Shown here: piece after piece, positions 42,950 through 56,859 of the stretch
Position numbering within the stretch: position 1 is the stretch's first letter
Layout: each line of letters opens with the position of its first letter
From: Cycas panzhihuaensis
Taxonomy: Eukaryota > Plantae > Cycadophyta
Length of the DNA: 64,000 nt
Direction: 5' to 3'
NCBI GenBank assembly: GCA_023213395.1
Contig: CM041465.1
Location: 183,961,741 to 184,025,740 of the forward strand
The notes under the pieces: generated by a model
The model's input: only the letters and a program-made list of their open reading frames with translations
What the model was told of the DNA's origin: nothing
Database searches by the model: none
Translations under genes and position numbers: made by a program

Positions 42950-45900
42950 CCTTTTTAGTGACTAAACCCCTTACTACATATGATCAGGGACTAAAAACTA
43001 TGAGAGATTTGGTTATGATATAGGCTTTATATTTAAAGGGCTTGAAGGAGAACTTAGGCAGACCTAGAAGGGTGTGACAAAGATCTCTAAGTTGATTGAT
43101 ATAAACATGGCTTATCTGAATATGCTAAAGAGCTTCTTGGGACAGCTTAGGGTATGTCAAAGTGGTATTAAAAGTAAAGTCTTCATTGGTACAAGGGCTT
43201 TAAGAACAATTGGATTTAGAAGATAGGGGGTCATTCAATCTAAATAATTTGCCAGTAAGCACTCCAGTCAAGACCACTTGATTTGTTGGAGGGTAAATGA
43301 CCTAAAGAGATTGGTTATTTGCAATAACACTAAGATTAAATCCATAAGAGATAAGAGTGGATAAGGAGACTAGGTTTTATTTTAAATTAGGAATATACAG
43401 AACATCAAGTAATGTGAAATATCTTAAGCCTAGGAGTTTCAGACATATGTTTCCAATACTTTAACCAGTTGTTGGGATTTGTCAGCCATATGAATGATAC
43501 CATATACATTGGAATCAAAAGTTTGAGTTAGATCTTAATTACAAATCATATGTTGTGTTGCTCATATATCTATGGTTCATGAGGAGGCATTTAAAGTTAT
43601 GTTATTTATAACTCTAAGAGGGATTTACATTGATGATTCAAGATCACAAGTAGCATAGCCATAATAGGCTTTAAAATACCTCTTAGTTTGATTAATGGCT
43701 TCTTCCTCAAGTTTTTAAATATGTACTTGAGCAAAATCTATATCACCAAAGTGTTCTTCATGTACTTCATCATTGTGAGCCTTATATTTATGTCGAAACT
43801 TAGGCAACTTGTTTATAGGTATATGATAGTCCTTTACAAGGTGTCCTCTCTTATTGTACCTTTCGCATATAATAATATGATTCTGAGTACCTAAAGTATT
43901 GGTTTGGCCTAACTGTCTTATATTTAAAGGTGGTGCTTGGCCTTGAGACTGTTTAGACTATTATTATTGAGGATTCTATTGACTTAGTGGTCGATCTCCT
44001 ATGCCTCATCCTCTACCTATTACTTGGTTATTTCTTCTACCATGAGAGGGACTCTTATTATTTGATAAGCATACTTCTTCTTCCATATTAAAATCTGCAT
44101 TTAAAAGAGGATTTAAAGTTACAAAATTAGTATTAAAGGTCTTATTAAATTATAAAAACTTCTCTGCAAAAGCTTTGAAGTTAAGTATCTTCAACATTCT
44201 ACTTGATTGAAGACTCTCAAGCAAGTTTTTATAATCAGGTATATGTAGAAAGAACTGTATGAGGAATACCTATGTAATATATTGAGTCTTAAAATCCTTA
44301 TCTATTGCTTATTTGATCAATCAAAGAAGGTTAATTATTTTATATGTACATCTCTTTTGCATCTTTATCTTATTCATCTTTAAGACTAAATGAATAAATT
44401 CAAGGTTAGACTTTGTATCGAAATTATTTTTTAGAATCTTGAGAACTTTCTAGGCTATATCATGTTATTCTTCATTAATTAGATTATGTAGGGAGTGATT
44501 AGTCACTAATAGAATACCTATACAAATATTCTCATCATCGATTTCTCATTATAATTTAGTTATAGGATCTGTTAGAGCTATAGGTGGTGTTCCTCTTAAT
44601 GCAGGTACTATTATTGTCGTAGGGATGATAGGTGTAAGTTGTAGATGGGCTCTCTAAAGGCCTTTATACTTAGAGTAGTATTATTAACTCTAGTATTCAA
44701 TAGATCCTAATTATCTTTCCTTTTAAGATGCAATTTACATTTTGTTTAAACTAAGAAGATATAGTGAAGATGATGAAGTAAAGGAGATAGTGAAGAAATA
44801 GTAAATAAAAATGGCACTAGCATATGTGGTTGATATATCTAGTGTAGTAGGGAGAATATGATTAAATAGAAAATAATGATAATAGGCTACCAACACTTAT
44901 GGTAAATACTCTTGATACTACAGAGTTTGATGATGTGTACAAATGGCAATATAAGGATCACAAAGATAAATGATGTATCATATGATTATACAATCAAGAT
45001 TGTGTCTATATAAAAGATGGTATGTGGATGCACAAAACTAAAAACTAATTGTGATGTGGGATGTATGATCAAACCCAAACCTCTATCTCAAGTCTAAAAT
45101 ACTTGAGGTGTTGATGCCTAGGGAGGCTTCTAGTATATGTATTAAGGCCTTCACCTACGGTATGCACACTAATGCTAAGATAATATTTAGCCCAAGTACT
45201 ACTAGTCCTCATCTCGCTCACTAATGAGTAGTGATATACCTAACCTCAAAAGGTAGTATGTGTATATCCCATAGCTATAACAAATATTAGACTGGTTATA
45301 TTTTAATCTTGATTAGAATTTTTTATTTTTCTGAGTGCTTATTAGGATTATCCCTAATTGGAGGTCAGAGGTATGGCTAACCTATCCTTCTATCACTATT
45401 CTGGTTAAGACCAAACCTAGTATAAAACTCACACCTCCCTTAAGGCTTAGACTTCAACCAATCACGATCTATTTCAACTAAGGTAAATGTGCACATGGGT
45501 CAAGAACTAGTAGTATAAGATGTATAAATGAGATTACTTTTAAAAAAGAGTGTAAGTTATTTTTAAATAACTTAAAAACTAAAATAGAAAGATGCCAAAT
45601 GCAACTTACCTTTTGTGCTTACTTGTTGTTGTTGCTACTTTACACATTTTCTTAATACCATATGTGGAAATAGAAAGAACATATTAAATTTAGTAGGGAA
45701 ACTAGATGTTGCTTTTGATTCAAGGTTTTCCTTACTTTGGTATAATATTTCTAATTGTAATTTTAAAAATTTTAATATAAAAACCACAAAGGGCTAAAAA
45801 ATAAATCAACCTACTGCTAAAATGATGATTTTTCTATAATTAGAACTATGTTAATTTGCTCTATTTTATGATTTTATTTACAAAATTTATAAATAATAAT

Positions 45901-46957
45901 AAATGGGCAAACTTTTATAAAAAATACAAACATGGAGGCCTATATGACATAATCTAAATTTGTGATAGAAGAAAAAAAGTGCTCAGAATGACATTTCTAA
46001 TAAAATAGTAAAGTAAGACTTTTTTAAAAAGCACAAAAAATAAAAATTCCAAAAAAAAGTATAAAAAGTAAAATTTTAGCAGATTTACTATCTTAGAATC
46101 CAAACTTTAGTATATCAAAATCTTCATTTCGAGGTGTACATCAACTTTTCCTTCTATAACAGCTTGAAAAATTACTAAGAAATTACTTGTAATGCCCTCA
46201 AAATATTTCTATGTGGTTGAATAGGTAGATTTAACATTTGTAAAAAAAACTACAAAATTCTCATTAACCAGTGGATGAAATTTAATGAAATTAGTCTTAA
46301 AATCCTCTTGAGACATAAATCTGCTAAAACCTTAAAATAAAATTCAGATTATTAGCTTAGATTTAAAGAATTTCACTAAGGAAAGTACATTATGTCTCGT
46401 GTCTACGAATTTAGATATTTTTTAGAAAATTTTCCACTTAATACTCAATGAAATTTAATGAGACAAGATCCAAAATAGATGTTTTACCTAAATCTACTAA
46501 AACCCTAAAAAAAATTTAGTAGAAACTAATCAAATCTAAAGAAATTCGCAATAGATCTTCTATATAGGTAAAAATCATGTTTGATCTAAAACTGGCTATT
46601 ACAAGCTGAATCTAAAGATGCTCTAGAAGATAAAATTACTCCTATTAGATGGATGACCCTACATGTCAAATTTCATCAAATTTTGAGAATATCAAGTTTT
46701 TTACAAAATTTAGACCTTTAATGTAATGTGGAGTTGTTTTGATAGTCAAGTGACTTAAAAAATTACTCATTTTCATCTGTGTAATTCTACACACATAACA
46801 TATGCAACAATATATAAAATAAAAAAATTTAAAGCTCTCAAATATAGAACAAAATTCTCAAATAAGCTCTCAACCTCACATGAATTATGAGTGAGAGGCA
46901 TCAATGGTTCTATGTAAACCTAGTGGGTAAATGTGGTCAATAATAGTTCTGATATCA
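42950..46957 (-). mobile_element. Element I: 5' half of a Ty1/copia (long leader, gag, PR, IN start)
   Basis: gag LKGKDN ~44715, PR TIDI*ATQHM ~43560, LWH..GH-like ~43115; Met PBS-like ttctgatatca at 46947-46957. An alternative PBS-like site lies at 45650-45660, so the leader may be composite. Confidence 0.6.
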
Positions 46958-47220
46958 GATGTTAAGTAAAGGATCTAGTGCCAGAATCCACTATGCTAAA
47001 GTAATGGTACACAAGAAGAGCAAAATAGAGAGAACAAGATTTAGAATAAAAATAAGAGGTGAGAAATTATTACTTTCCCCTTCACATTTAGTCTTATATA
47101 TTAGAGGATGTACATTAGGGTTTCTAGAGGAGTTTCTTGTCTAATAATATGATCCCAAATTTACACTTAAATGTAAATGAAATTATATTTAACTATGTGA
47201 CTTAACTAACGTAAAGTCAC

Positions 47221-47615
47221 TAGGATGTTTCTTCTCACTAGCACTCTTTGAGATAGTGGAAAAATAATAATCATAACTATGTCATTCTATTCAATAGGAC
47301 AAACAAGAATACAAGATCACTAAATGATCACCAAAATAGAGAGCACTGCAACATAATCTTTATAAAAAGTTACATCAAGATAACTATCATTTACAATTTA
47401 TAGCCTTTATATAGACAAAGTGGGTCTTTTACTTGTAATCCTATTGGCGGCCTAAGTGGCCTTACATTCTATTAGATGACATAATGACCTTATATGCCAT
47501 TGGCTAGTTTGTCAGTACATGCACGGAGTTCCATAATTAACCTTATCTTATAACTTGCTGATATCTCTCTGTATACTAGTGGTTTACATAACTTAGTGGG
47601 ATAAGTTATGTAACA
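47221..47615 (-). repeat. 3' LTR of J
   Basis: Collinear with 53517-53911 and followed by the PPT. Confidence 0.92.
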
Positions 47616-47629
47616 GGTCCCCTCCCCTA

Positions 47630-50600
47630 AGATGCCGAGTCCTTGAGGCATGTGAGAGGTAGGTGCTTTTTGATAAAATCCCCAGACTCCCAAGTTGCTT
47701 CATCAAAGTTGCAGCATATACACTGTATCAAATATTCTAAAATGGATTGATTTTAGAGATGGCATGTCAAGTAGCTAATATACATTATGTAGGTATAGGC
47801 AAGGTTTGCCCTTCATCTAGAATTGGAAGGTTTATCTGGAGAATGTGGGTTTTACTTAGACACTTTCGAAGATAGGAGACATGAAAAACATTATGGATGT
47901 TTATGGTGGGAGGAAGGTCGAGAGCATATGCAACTTCACTAATACATTTAAGGACTTTATAGGGGCTATAATATCAAGGGCTAAGTTTGTAGTTCTTACG
48001 ATGGCAAAGGGATTGTTGCTTATAAGGTTGAAGATAAAGGAATATAATGTCAGCAATATTGAAGGAGCGATCATAGTGGTGGCGGTCTATTAATTGTTTC
48101 ATTCGATTCTGGGCCATGGATAAGTTTTGTTTAAGGGTGTGGAGAATTTGGTACATATGTTGTAATTTTTATTGTATTACTATCGTATAGAGGTTGGTAG
48201 CCAAGGTATGGTGGGACGGCATGGGATACCCATAGAGAGCCAAAAAAGGGGACATTCTGATGGTTGAATGGTGTGAGGAGTTATACCAATACTTAGTTAG
48301 GGCTAGCTATGATGCCTATTTAGACTAGTACTCAGATGCAAAGTAACATAAGTAGGTCTCCAAAGTTTTGTTACGGACCTTAGATTGGCCATTGGTCTAT
48401 GGATGGTATACCAAACTCATGTTGAATAATATTCTCAATGCGCAGAATAGCTCTTACCAGAAGGAGCTAGTGAATTTAGGGTCGTAGTCATAGATGATAG
48501 TGGATAGAAAACTGTCTAAACGAAATATTATCTAGATGTAAATATTAGCAATACATAGAGGTTTATAGGCTTTGTGGACATATAAGAAGTGGGCATATTT
48601 TATCAACCTATCTATGACTACTAAAATGGAGTCAGATCCAATAGATACTGGTAAGATCATTATAAAGTCCATGGTAATATCTTGCCATTTACCTTATGGG
48701 ATGTACAATAATTGAAGGAGGCTTAGTTGGGGTTTTGTATCAGCTTTGTTACGTTGGTATGTATCGTATTCTGAGATAAAGGTAAGGATGGTAGATTTCA
48801 TTTCTGGACAAAAGAAATCAGAGTGTATCCGATAATAAGTTTTATCAAAACTAGAATGACCACCAAGAGGGGAAGAATGATATTCTAATAAAATTCATGG
48901 GATAAAAGCTGAATGGGGATGTATAAATATATGATTTTAGTATAAGAGAAGATTATTATAGATGGAGCAATCCTTATGATTATGGACCTTATTAGCCCAG
49001 TGTACGAAATCAGGTTAGGTTTGGTTAGCTGTGGCTAAATCCTGTATCCATATCGGTTGTGGGTAAGAAATGGCATAAATGGTGGAGTCCTTAGTGGGAC
49101 AAGTGTTATCATCAAATGTAGGTGAAGGTAGCTACAAGAGAGCATCTACCACAATGTTATCTTTCTCCTTTTTATATGTGATTATAAAATCAAAAACTTG
49201 GAGGCGATCAGCCCATTTAGCATGCTCTTCCGAGAGGACTAGTTGATCTAGTAAGTGGCAAAGGCTATGATAATTAGTAAGGATAGTAAATTTGGAACCA
49301 AGTAGATATTGTCACCATTTGTTAATAGCGTGGAGGATGGACCACATTTCTTTTTTATAGATAAATAGTCTACACTCATGATCTTTGAATTTCTGACTTT
49401 CGAAGGTGATGGGGTGGAAGTCCTACATTAAGATTATACCTAATCCAAATCTAGAGGTATCACATTCTAAGTGAAAAGGCCAAGAAAAATCAAGAGAGGC
49501 CAAAACCAAGGTGGTTGTCATGACCTCCTTTAGACAGAGGAAGGCCTCATTAGCTGCAGGGGGACCATTGGAAGGAATCCTTCCAAAGTAAGTGGGTTAA
49601 GGGAGTGGTTAGTATGGCATAATTTTAAACGAACCGATGATAGAATCTGGTAAGTCCTAGAAAAGCCCACAATTGGGTCAGGGTTTTTGGGGTTGGCCAA
49701 TTAGTGATGATAGAGATTTTATCAGGATCCACTCGAACCCCTGCAAAGGAGATAATATGACTAAGGTATTGTAGTTTGGACTTCCCAAACTCATATTTAC
49801 AGAGTTTAGCATACAATTTATTCTCAGCTAGAATTTAAATGATTGTTTCTAGATGCAGGATGTGAGCAGGTATATTTGAGCTATAGATAAGAATATCGTC
49901 GAAGAAGATGATGATAAAGTTTTGTAGGTATGGGAAAAATATCTTATTCATGAGGGCTTGAAAGATGGCCAGGGCATTACATAGGCCAAAGGACATGACC
50001 TAGAACTCAAAGTGGCCATGGTGGGTTCAGAAATCTATTTTATATTGATCTTCTAGCAAGATAGGGATTTGGTAATATCTTGATTATAAATCAAGTTTGG
50101 TGAAAATTATAGCACCATAGATTTCATCTAACATGTCATCGATTCATGGCATGGGAAACTTATTTTTTATGGTGATTTTATTGAGCACATGATAATCAAT
50201 GTAAACTCAGAAAGAGCCATCCTTTTTATGAACTAAAATGATGGGTGTTGCATATGGGCTTTTACTAGATTGGATGATACCTATATCTAATAATTCCCTT
50301 GTGATTTTTCTGATTTTATTTTTTTAGAAATAGGAGTTCCTATATGGTCAAAGGCTAATCGGGTCATGTGAACCTTGTAGCTCAATAATATGATAACAAC
50401 CTCGATTAGGTGGGGGACTGGCAGGTAATAAAGTAAATATAAATTGGTATCGATCTAATACTTGCTGGATATCAAGGTAAATACCCTAAGGGGCTTGGAT
50501 ATGGTTAAGACAAACGATATATCCTATGTTACTGTTGAGTTGTTGGTGCATTCAGGTGGGTGAGATGACTTTGTTTGGGGGGGCTTACATCTCATAAAGT

Positions 50601-52170
50601 TTATGTAAGCGACCCATGTGATCTTTACATATAATGAATGAGGTCATGGGTGAATTATTGGTGTTATAAGTTCGTAGAGTCTATAGCCATTGTATGCCAA
50701 GAATTGCATTTGACCCTCTTATGGATAGGGCATAAAAATCAAAGACAAGGGTATATGAGCCAATGTAGACCATGAAGTGTTTTGTTATTTGAGCACAATG
50801 AAGGGTGTGATGACCAGGTAAGGATCAAGTAAAGCCCATTTTAGGTTCTATGTAAAGATTCAACTATCTAGAAATGGAGATATTGATAAAATTTAGTGAC
50901 ACGCCACCATTGATCAAAATGGTAATTAGGATTTTCAAAAGTATTCATTTGACTCAAAGTGGTTTAAGATATGCAGTGAAGGTAAGAATGGATAAGGAAA
51001 CTTCAGGTTCAGGGTTTAGAAGCAACTCATCAGTAGGGTGGTCATGGGGTTCATCATCATATTCAAGCTCAATCTTAGGGTCATCTCCCAAAGATAAGTC
51101 TGGGTCAATTGTGAAGACCATATTCTTGGCTTTGTAGATTCTACTGTGACCAGAGGTCCATTATTCAGAACATTACATACATAGACCACCTTCCCAATGA
51201 CGTTGTGCCTCTACTAGAGTGATGTATATGGACTTCAAAGATGGTTCCTTAGTACGCTGCTTGAGAGATGTAGATGGGATGTCCTCTAGTCGTGGGTGCG
51301 ATTATTGGTAGTCAGTTGGATGTGGTCTTTGGGACTAAGTGGTATCAAATTGTCAGGATCATAAAATCTAAGTGGGGTCTCATCTGAATAGAGGAGGCCT
51401 TTCTGCGACAAACTCTACTTCTACTGCTTTATCCATATTAATTACATCTTTTAGAGTAGATAGGGAGACTATCATTAGGCACATTTAGATACATTCTTTA
51501 AGCCCGTATACATACATATCTATCTCTGTTTGTTTATCAAGTTGCTGATCAACCTGATTACATAAAGATTGGAACTCATCAGTCTAAATTTTGACAGAGG
51601 ATACTTCTTTAACCATGTCAGTTATGTGAAAAAGGATTAGTTTCAAGTGTCTTCATACTACTCAAAAAAGAAAGTAGAGAAGTGTACCCAAGACTGGCTA
51701 GAAGGGTACTCCTACTTCCACAATCAGAACTAATGATGTGCCTTCCCATCTAAGTGGATGGAAGCAAATATAATTTGTTCATTTATTGGCATTAGGTTGA
51801 ATGTAAAGTAGGACTCTAGTTTACTAATCCAACTTTGTGCACTGTCTTTATTGAGATTTGGATTAAATATGGGTATGTTGATCTTGTGATGAAATGGTTG
51901 ATGCCGACGTGGAGGCAGATGTATAATTTATTACTGTACAGGGCTGGCTAGCGGTGGAGGAGAGAAGTTATTTAACCTTAGAAGTACCCATTGGATATCA
52001 TCATGGGATGCTAGGTTTAATAGTCTTATGTTAAATTATGTCTATATGGTAGCTACTTCATTTTTAACCTCCTTATGCATGTGGTCAAAATCTTCCTTGT
52101 TTTTTTCTTAAATATTGGTGACTTGGGTCTTGAGCGCCAAGATTTTATCATTATTCCTTTAAGGAGCCAT
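47630..52170 (-). pseudogene. gypsy gag-pol pseudogene of J
   Basis: Motifs listed for J; ORF fragments 49625-49816 (RT) and 47974-48156 (IN C-terminus). Confidence 0.88.
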
Positions 52171-53516
52171 GGAGAAAGGGAGTAAAGAGGCAGGAATAAG
52201 TAGAAAGAAAGGGAATAAACAAAGTGGGAAAGATTAAGAAAGAATGGGACGTAAGAGAAACTAAGTTGTTAAGGGAAAGAGAAGGGGGTAAATAGGGAGA
52301 TTGTGGGGTGTTTATGGTCTATTGACACCAAAGGAATTTACATAAATAAGATATTAGGTTCTCTTAAATAAATGCAAAAAGCTCGTTCAAACAGGGTCTA
52401 TGAAGTGAGGGGGGTTTGGGGGTGGTGGGACCTACCAGTGACTAGGTACTAAAAAACGTAAAAATTTCTGGTATGTACCAACTTAGTACAAATTGACCAG
52501 TATAATATGCTGATCAAAATGAGGTACAAAGTTGTAAGGGTAAATTTTCTTACTAAACTAAGTGGATTTTTTTATAGGGTAAGGATTTTTTTTTTAATTC
52601 TTCTTCTTTCTTCTTGCTTGTTTTTTTCTTTTCTTTTTTTGTGTTTTACTTTCTTTTTATTTATTTTTTTCCCTCTCTCTCTCTCTCTCTGTAGTGAGTC
52701 TAATTGCACTGGTAGGTTCTAAGTTCAAGTAGTAGGAGGAACTTCATTTTTCAAAATGTAAGGTGGCTTGCAGTCTGAACCTAGAATATGTATACCAAAG
52801 TATCCTACCAACCACTAAATAAGGTGTGTTTGGTTTTATAAGCTTGCCAATAAAGTGTAGAAGTTTAAGGTAGGTAGCTTTGTGGTGCTAACTGCTAACC
52901 ACTACACTATAAGACTTCAGTGGTCAATAGTTACTTATGCTAGGGAGGGTTTGGGACCTAAAGGGGTCCTCCTATATACCCAAAGATATGTGAAGGCACA
53001 CTTCCGTAGCTAAGTTCTATCCAGGGCTTAGTCTAAGAGTGTTAACTCCAATCCTTCACATAAAGGGCAGAAAAGCCATAACGTGCTTAGCCAGAATGAT
53101 AGATCCTTATGGTATTTAAAGACCCCCGATATAAGGTCTCTACCTAACTACTTGGGTAGCCACTCAACAGAGTTATCTACTTGGGAAAGGAGGTGGGAGG
53201 GAGAAAGGGTAGCTACCAACGGAGTTATCTACCATTGAGATATAATTTAATATAGAACTTAAAATACATAAATGAAATTAAAACTGGATAAAAATAAAAA
53301 GATAAGGTATTAGTGTTACCTGGGAAAAAAACTTCCTCTTTTCTCTTGACTCTTAGACTGTCCTAGTACTATTCCTCAATCTTTGTAGAGAAAGTACTAA
53401 GCAAAGGTCTTTCCTTGATCTCTACTAGGGTAGAGAGAGTACTCGATCTGATAGGAAAAAAAAATTCTGATCTTCCGAGCAGCTTCCCACGATCGCAACA
53501 CAACTCTGATACCACT

Positions 53517-53911
53517 TAGAACATTCCTTCTCACTAGCACTCTTTGAGATAGTAGAAAAATGGCAAACGTAACCACGTCGTTCTATTCAATAGGGCAAAC
53601 AAGAATAATGGAGCATTAAATGATCACCAAAATAGAGAGCATCATAGCATAATCTTTATGAAAAGTTACATCAAGATAATCATCATTTACAATTTATGTC
53701 CTTTATATAGACAAAAGAGGGTCTTTTACATGTAATCCTATTGGCGGTCTAAGTAACCTTACATTCTATTATACGGCATAATGGCCTTACATACCATTGG
53801 CTAGCTTGTCAACACATGCACAAAGTTCCATTATTAACCTTATCTTATAACCTACTGATAGCTCTCTGTATACTAGCAGTTATATAACTTAGTAGGATAA
53901 GTTATGTAACA
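53517..53911 (-). repeat. 5' LTR of J
   Basis: Adjacent to the PBS and the right TSD. Confidence 0.92.
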
Positions 53912-54310
53912 ATCACCTTCATATAATTTATCTAATTAATCTAATGACCTTGATGTATTAACATCCATTAACAACAACTTTATAGGTGAAAATATGAAGT
54001 TATTAAGAAGAAACTTTATATAAACATGTCAAGTGAAAGCCACAAAATTAATATTAATTTGTTGGTTGATTGATGATTGATATAAAGGTATTTTAGAGAT
54101 AATTGTTCATAGTTAGTCACTAATGATTACAATTAACTACAAGTGATTATATATTAATTACTTGTAGGAAATAAACATGATATTGATAGATTTATAGATT
54201 AGAGGTGATATAACTTTATTCAACTTGATATAAGTTTATAGATTTCAGTATACAGAAAAGTATAAAGACATGAATACTAAGGCTGATTGAAGATTTAAAG
54301 ATATTAAACA

Positions 54311-54821
54311 TTAAGGGGGAGTGTTAGAATATGTGATATCATCATATGTCTAATGTTTAATATAATATAGTGTACCACACAAAATTTCACTCACTAGAAA
54401 TATTGATGGATATGACATGTACAATTATTCATATAAACATCCTATTAGATAATGGAATAACTCAAGAGATATTATAGGTTATTCACAAAGTGATATATTT
54501 ATAAATATATACACATACCACTTGAAAACTTAAGAAAAGAAGATTGACTTAGAGATGTAATTCATTTGATATTATAAAGAGAAGCTATTAACTTCAACCT
54601 TCTTCCACAATTTTTCTCATACTAAATTTTCTATATATAAATCTATTATCTCTCTTGTAGTACACACATGCTCATTAATATTACTTTATATTAATGTTAT
54701 TTCTTGATATGTTTATCTTATATTATATGATTTATATACATTTCTCATGATATAATTAGATTATATATATTTGATATACTTCTATTGTGTATAATGAGTA
54801 CATTCCAATATGATATTAGAG
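54311..54821 (+). mobile_element. Element L: copia-type LTR (54322-54810) preceded by a PPT and followed by a Met PBS
   Basis: ttaagggggag|TGTTAGAATATG ... tacattccaata|tgatattagag. Confidence 0.7.
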
Positions 54822-55379
54822 TAAATTTTTAAAATTTAACAACAATAACTTTATATTCTATTTCAATTATCAATAGAGAAATTACAGGTTGTTTCTTTGA
54901 GTACTAAACAACTATTATAGAACTTAGATTAAAGGAGTATCATAATGTAGATTTTCTATTGTCAACTAAACATGTCCAATCAAAATCTATGAACTCAATC
55001 AATTTAAAATTTTCTATTGACCTATATTTTAACCTATAGCCAATAATACTACTAAGATATAGTAGTATATATATTTTATGACTTTTCAATTAATCATCTT
55101 AGGATTGAACATGAATATGGATATAAGAGTAACTACATAAGTAATATTAGATTTAGTTATAGTGAGATGGATGAGATTCCCAACCAAATTCCTATGAAGT
55201 ATTGGATCAACTAAGTTAGAATTCTTAAAATTTGATAGCTTTGGGCTAACTTTAGTAGGTGAATAAACTACTTTATAATTGTCTATGTTGAATTTATATA
55301 GTATATCTAGAGTGTACTTTCCTTGAGAAATAAAAATACTATTACCTTCTTATTAAACTTCTATCCCTAAGAAATAGTA

Positions 55380-55940
55380 CATTTATCCTAAGTCCATAAT
55401 TTGAAATTTATCACATATTCTATTTGAACTAATTAAATAGTTATTGATTGTTCATAGTATAAATGAGATCATCAACATACAGACAAATTATTCATATTGA
55501 ATTTCCATCCAAGATAATATATAAGTTGGGATTTGATTGATTATTTAAGAATCCTTTATTTTTAAAGTACCCATCAATCCTTGAACACTAAGCTTTTGGA
55601 GCTTGTTTAAGTCCATATAATACTTTCTTTAACTTTTATACTCTATCTTCTTAATCCTTAATTTCAAAACCTTTGGGTTGCTTAACATAAATTTCTTCAT
55701 CAATGTAGTCATTAAGGAAAGCACTTTTAACATCTATTTGGTGAATGACCCATCTATTCTATGCAGTTAAAGTAATAATCATTCTAACTATCTTGATCCT
55801 TATAACAAGTGCAATAGTTTCATTGAAATCAATTCATTCATTTTATGAATATCCTTTGGCAACAAGTCACGCTTTATGTTTATCAACTTATCCATTTCAT
55901 CTATGTTTAGTTTTATAAATCCACTTAGTACTAATCACAA
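55380..55940 (-). pseudogene. Ty1/copia reverse transcriptase fragment
   Basis: VISTKWIYK, KLKKVLYGLKQA, ICLYVDDL. Confidence 0.85.
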
Positions 55941-56351
55941 ACGAAGGATTGGGTAACAAACTAAGATAAATAAGAGTAGAATAATGAATAGATTACTGGA
56001 GTAAACAAGAGTAAACCTTTAACAATAGGTTATATTCATCAATAATAGACTTAAATCTCACCAAATAAGTGCTGAGGACTTAACTCTATGAGGAGCTCCC
56101 TCATTAGCTCATATGTTAAGTGGCAACCAACTCAAATGTGTATACTAACAATGTATAAATATAATAACACAATTTACAATATTCCAATATCTTTTCATCT
56201 CCTTTGTCTCTTTATTACCTAATTATATACATGTGATATTAAAATTATTAAATAAATTTAAAGCTTGAAGAGAGAAAGAGTGATTCTAGAGGAGGATATA
56301 ACAAAAAGGATGTAACCATAAACAACTAATGTACCTCCCAAGTACATTAAT

Positions 56352-56705
56352 TATTTGGGAACATAAAATCATATAGTTATGTTCCCATCCATAGAATATT
56401 TAACCATACATAGCAAGCAAATAAAAATACACATAGAATACAGATATACAGTACACAAGATTTATGTGGGAAAACCCTTTCTGGAAAAAACTCCCCACAA
56501 AAATCCTTCTAGATCACATTTATTATTTTATAATTAATTTGATACATTGAATACATAAAGCCTTAAGGCTTTTATACTCTTCTAAGCGTTGTCATTCGAT
56601 TAAAGTTGTGAACCTCCAAATAACTTGCATATTTTCACTTAATCACCTTAGTTAAATGATATTAACATTAACTTAGTGGCTTAATAATCAACTGTCATAT
56701 CAATA
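56352..56705 (-). repeat. 3' LTR of N (354 bp)
   Basis: Collinear with 62201-62555. Confidence 0.9.
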
Positions 56706-56859
56706 TCCCCCCTTAATGTGAATATAGGGAGCCTATCAACTAGACCAGTTGTGTTATCACAAAGTATGGGACCATATTACAACTTCTTTATCCTTGTTAA
56801 TATATCCACCCTCAAGGATAACATTGGTGAGTCCTAATCTATTATATATATTTGTGAAT

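Larger units (their letters stand above)
47221..53911 (-). mobile_element. Element J: full-length degenerate Ty3/gypsy chromovirus (Reina-like)
   Basis: 395-bp LTRs 47221-47615 and 53517-53911; TSD gtcac/atcac; Met PBS ctctgatacca 53504-53514; PPT cccctcccc ~47619-47627; [49 protein letters not shown], chromo DEATWES. Confidence 0.93.
46960..53973 (-). repeat. LTR (probably the 5' LTR of I) split by insertion of J: 46960-47220 + 53917-~53973
   Basis: TGTTAA after the PBS, and a TTAACA terminus shortly after J's right TSD. Confidence 0.55.
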
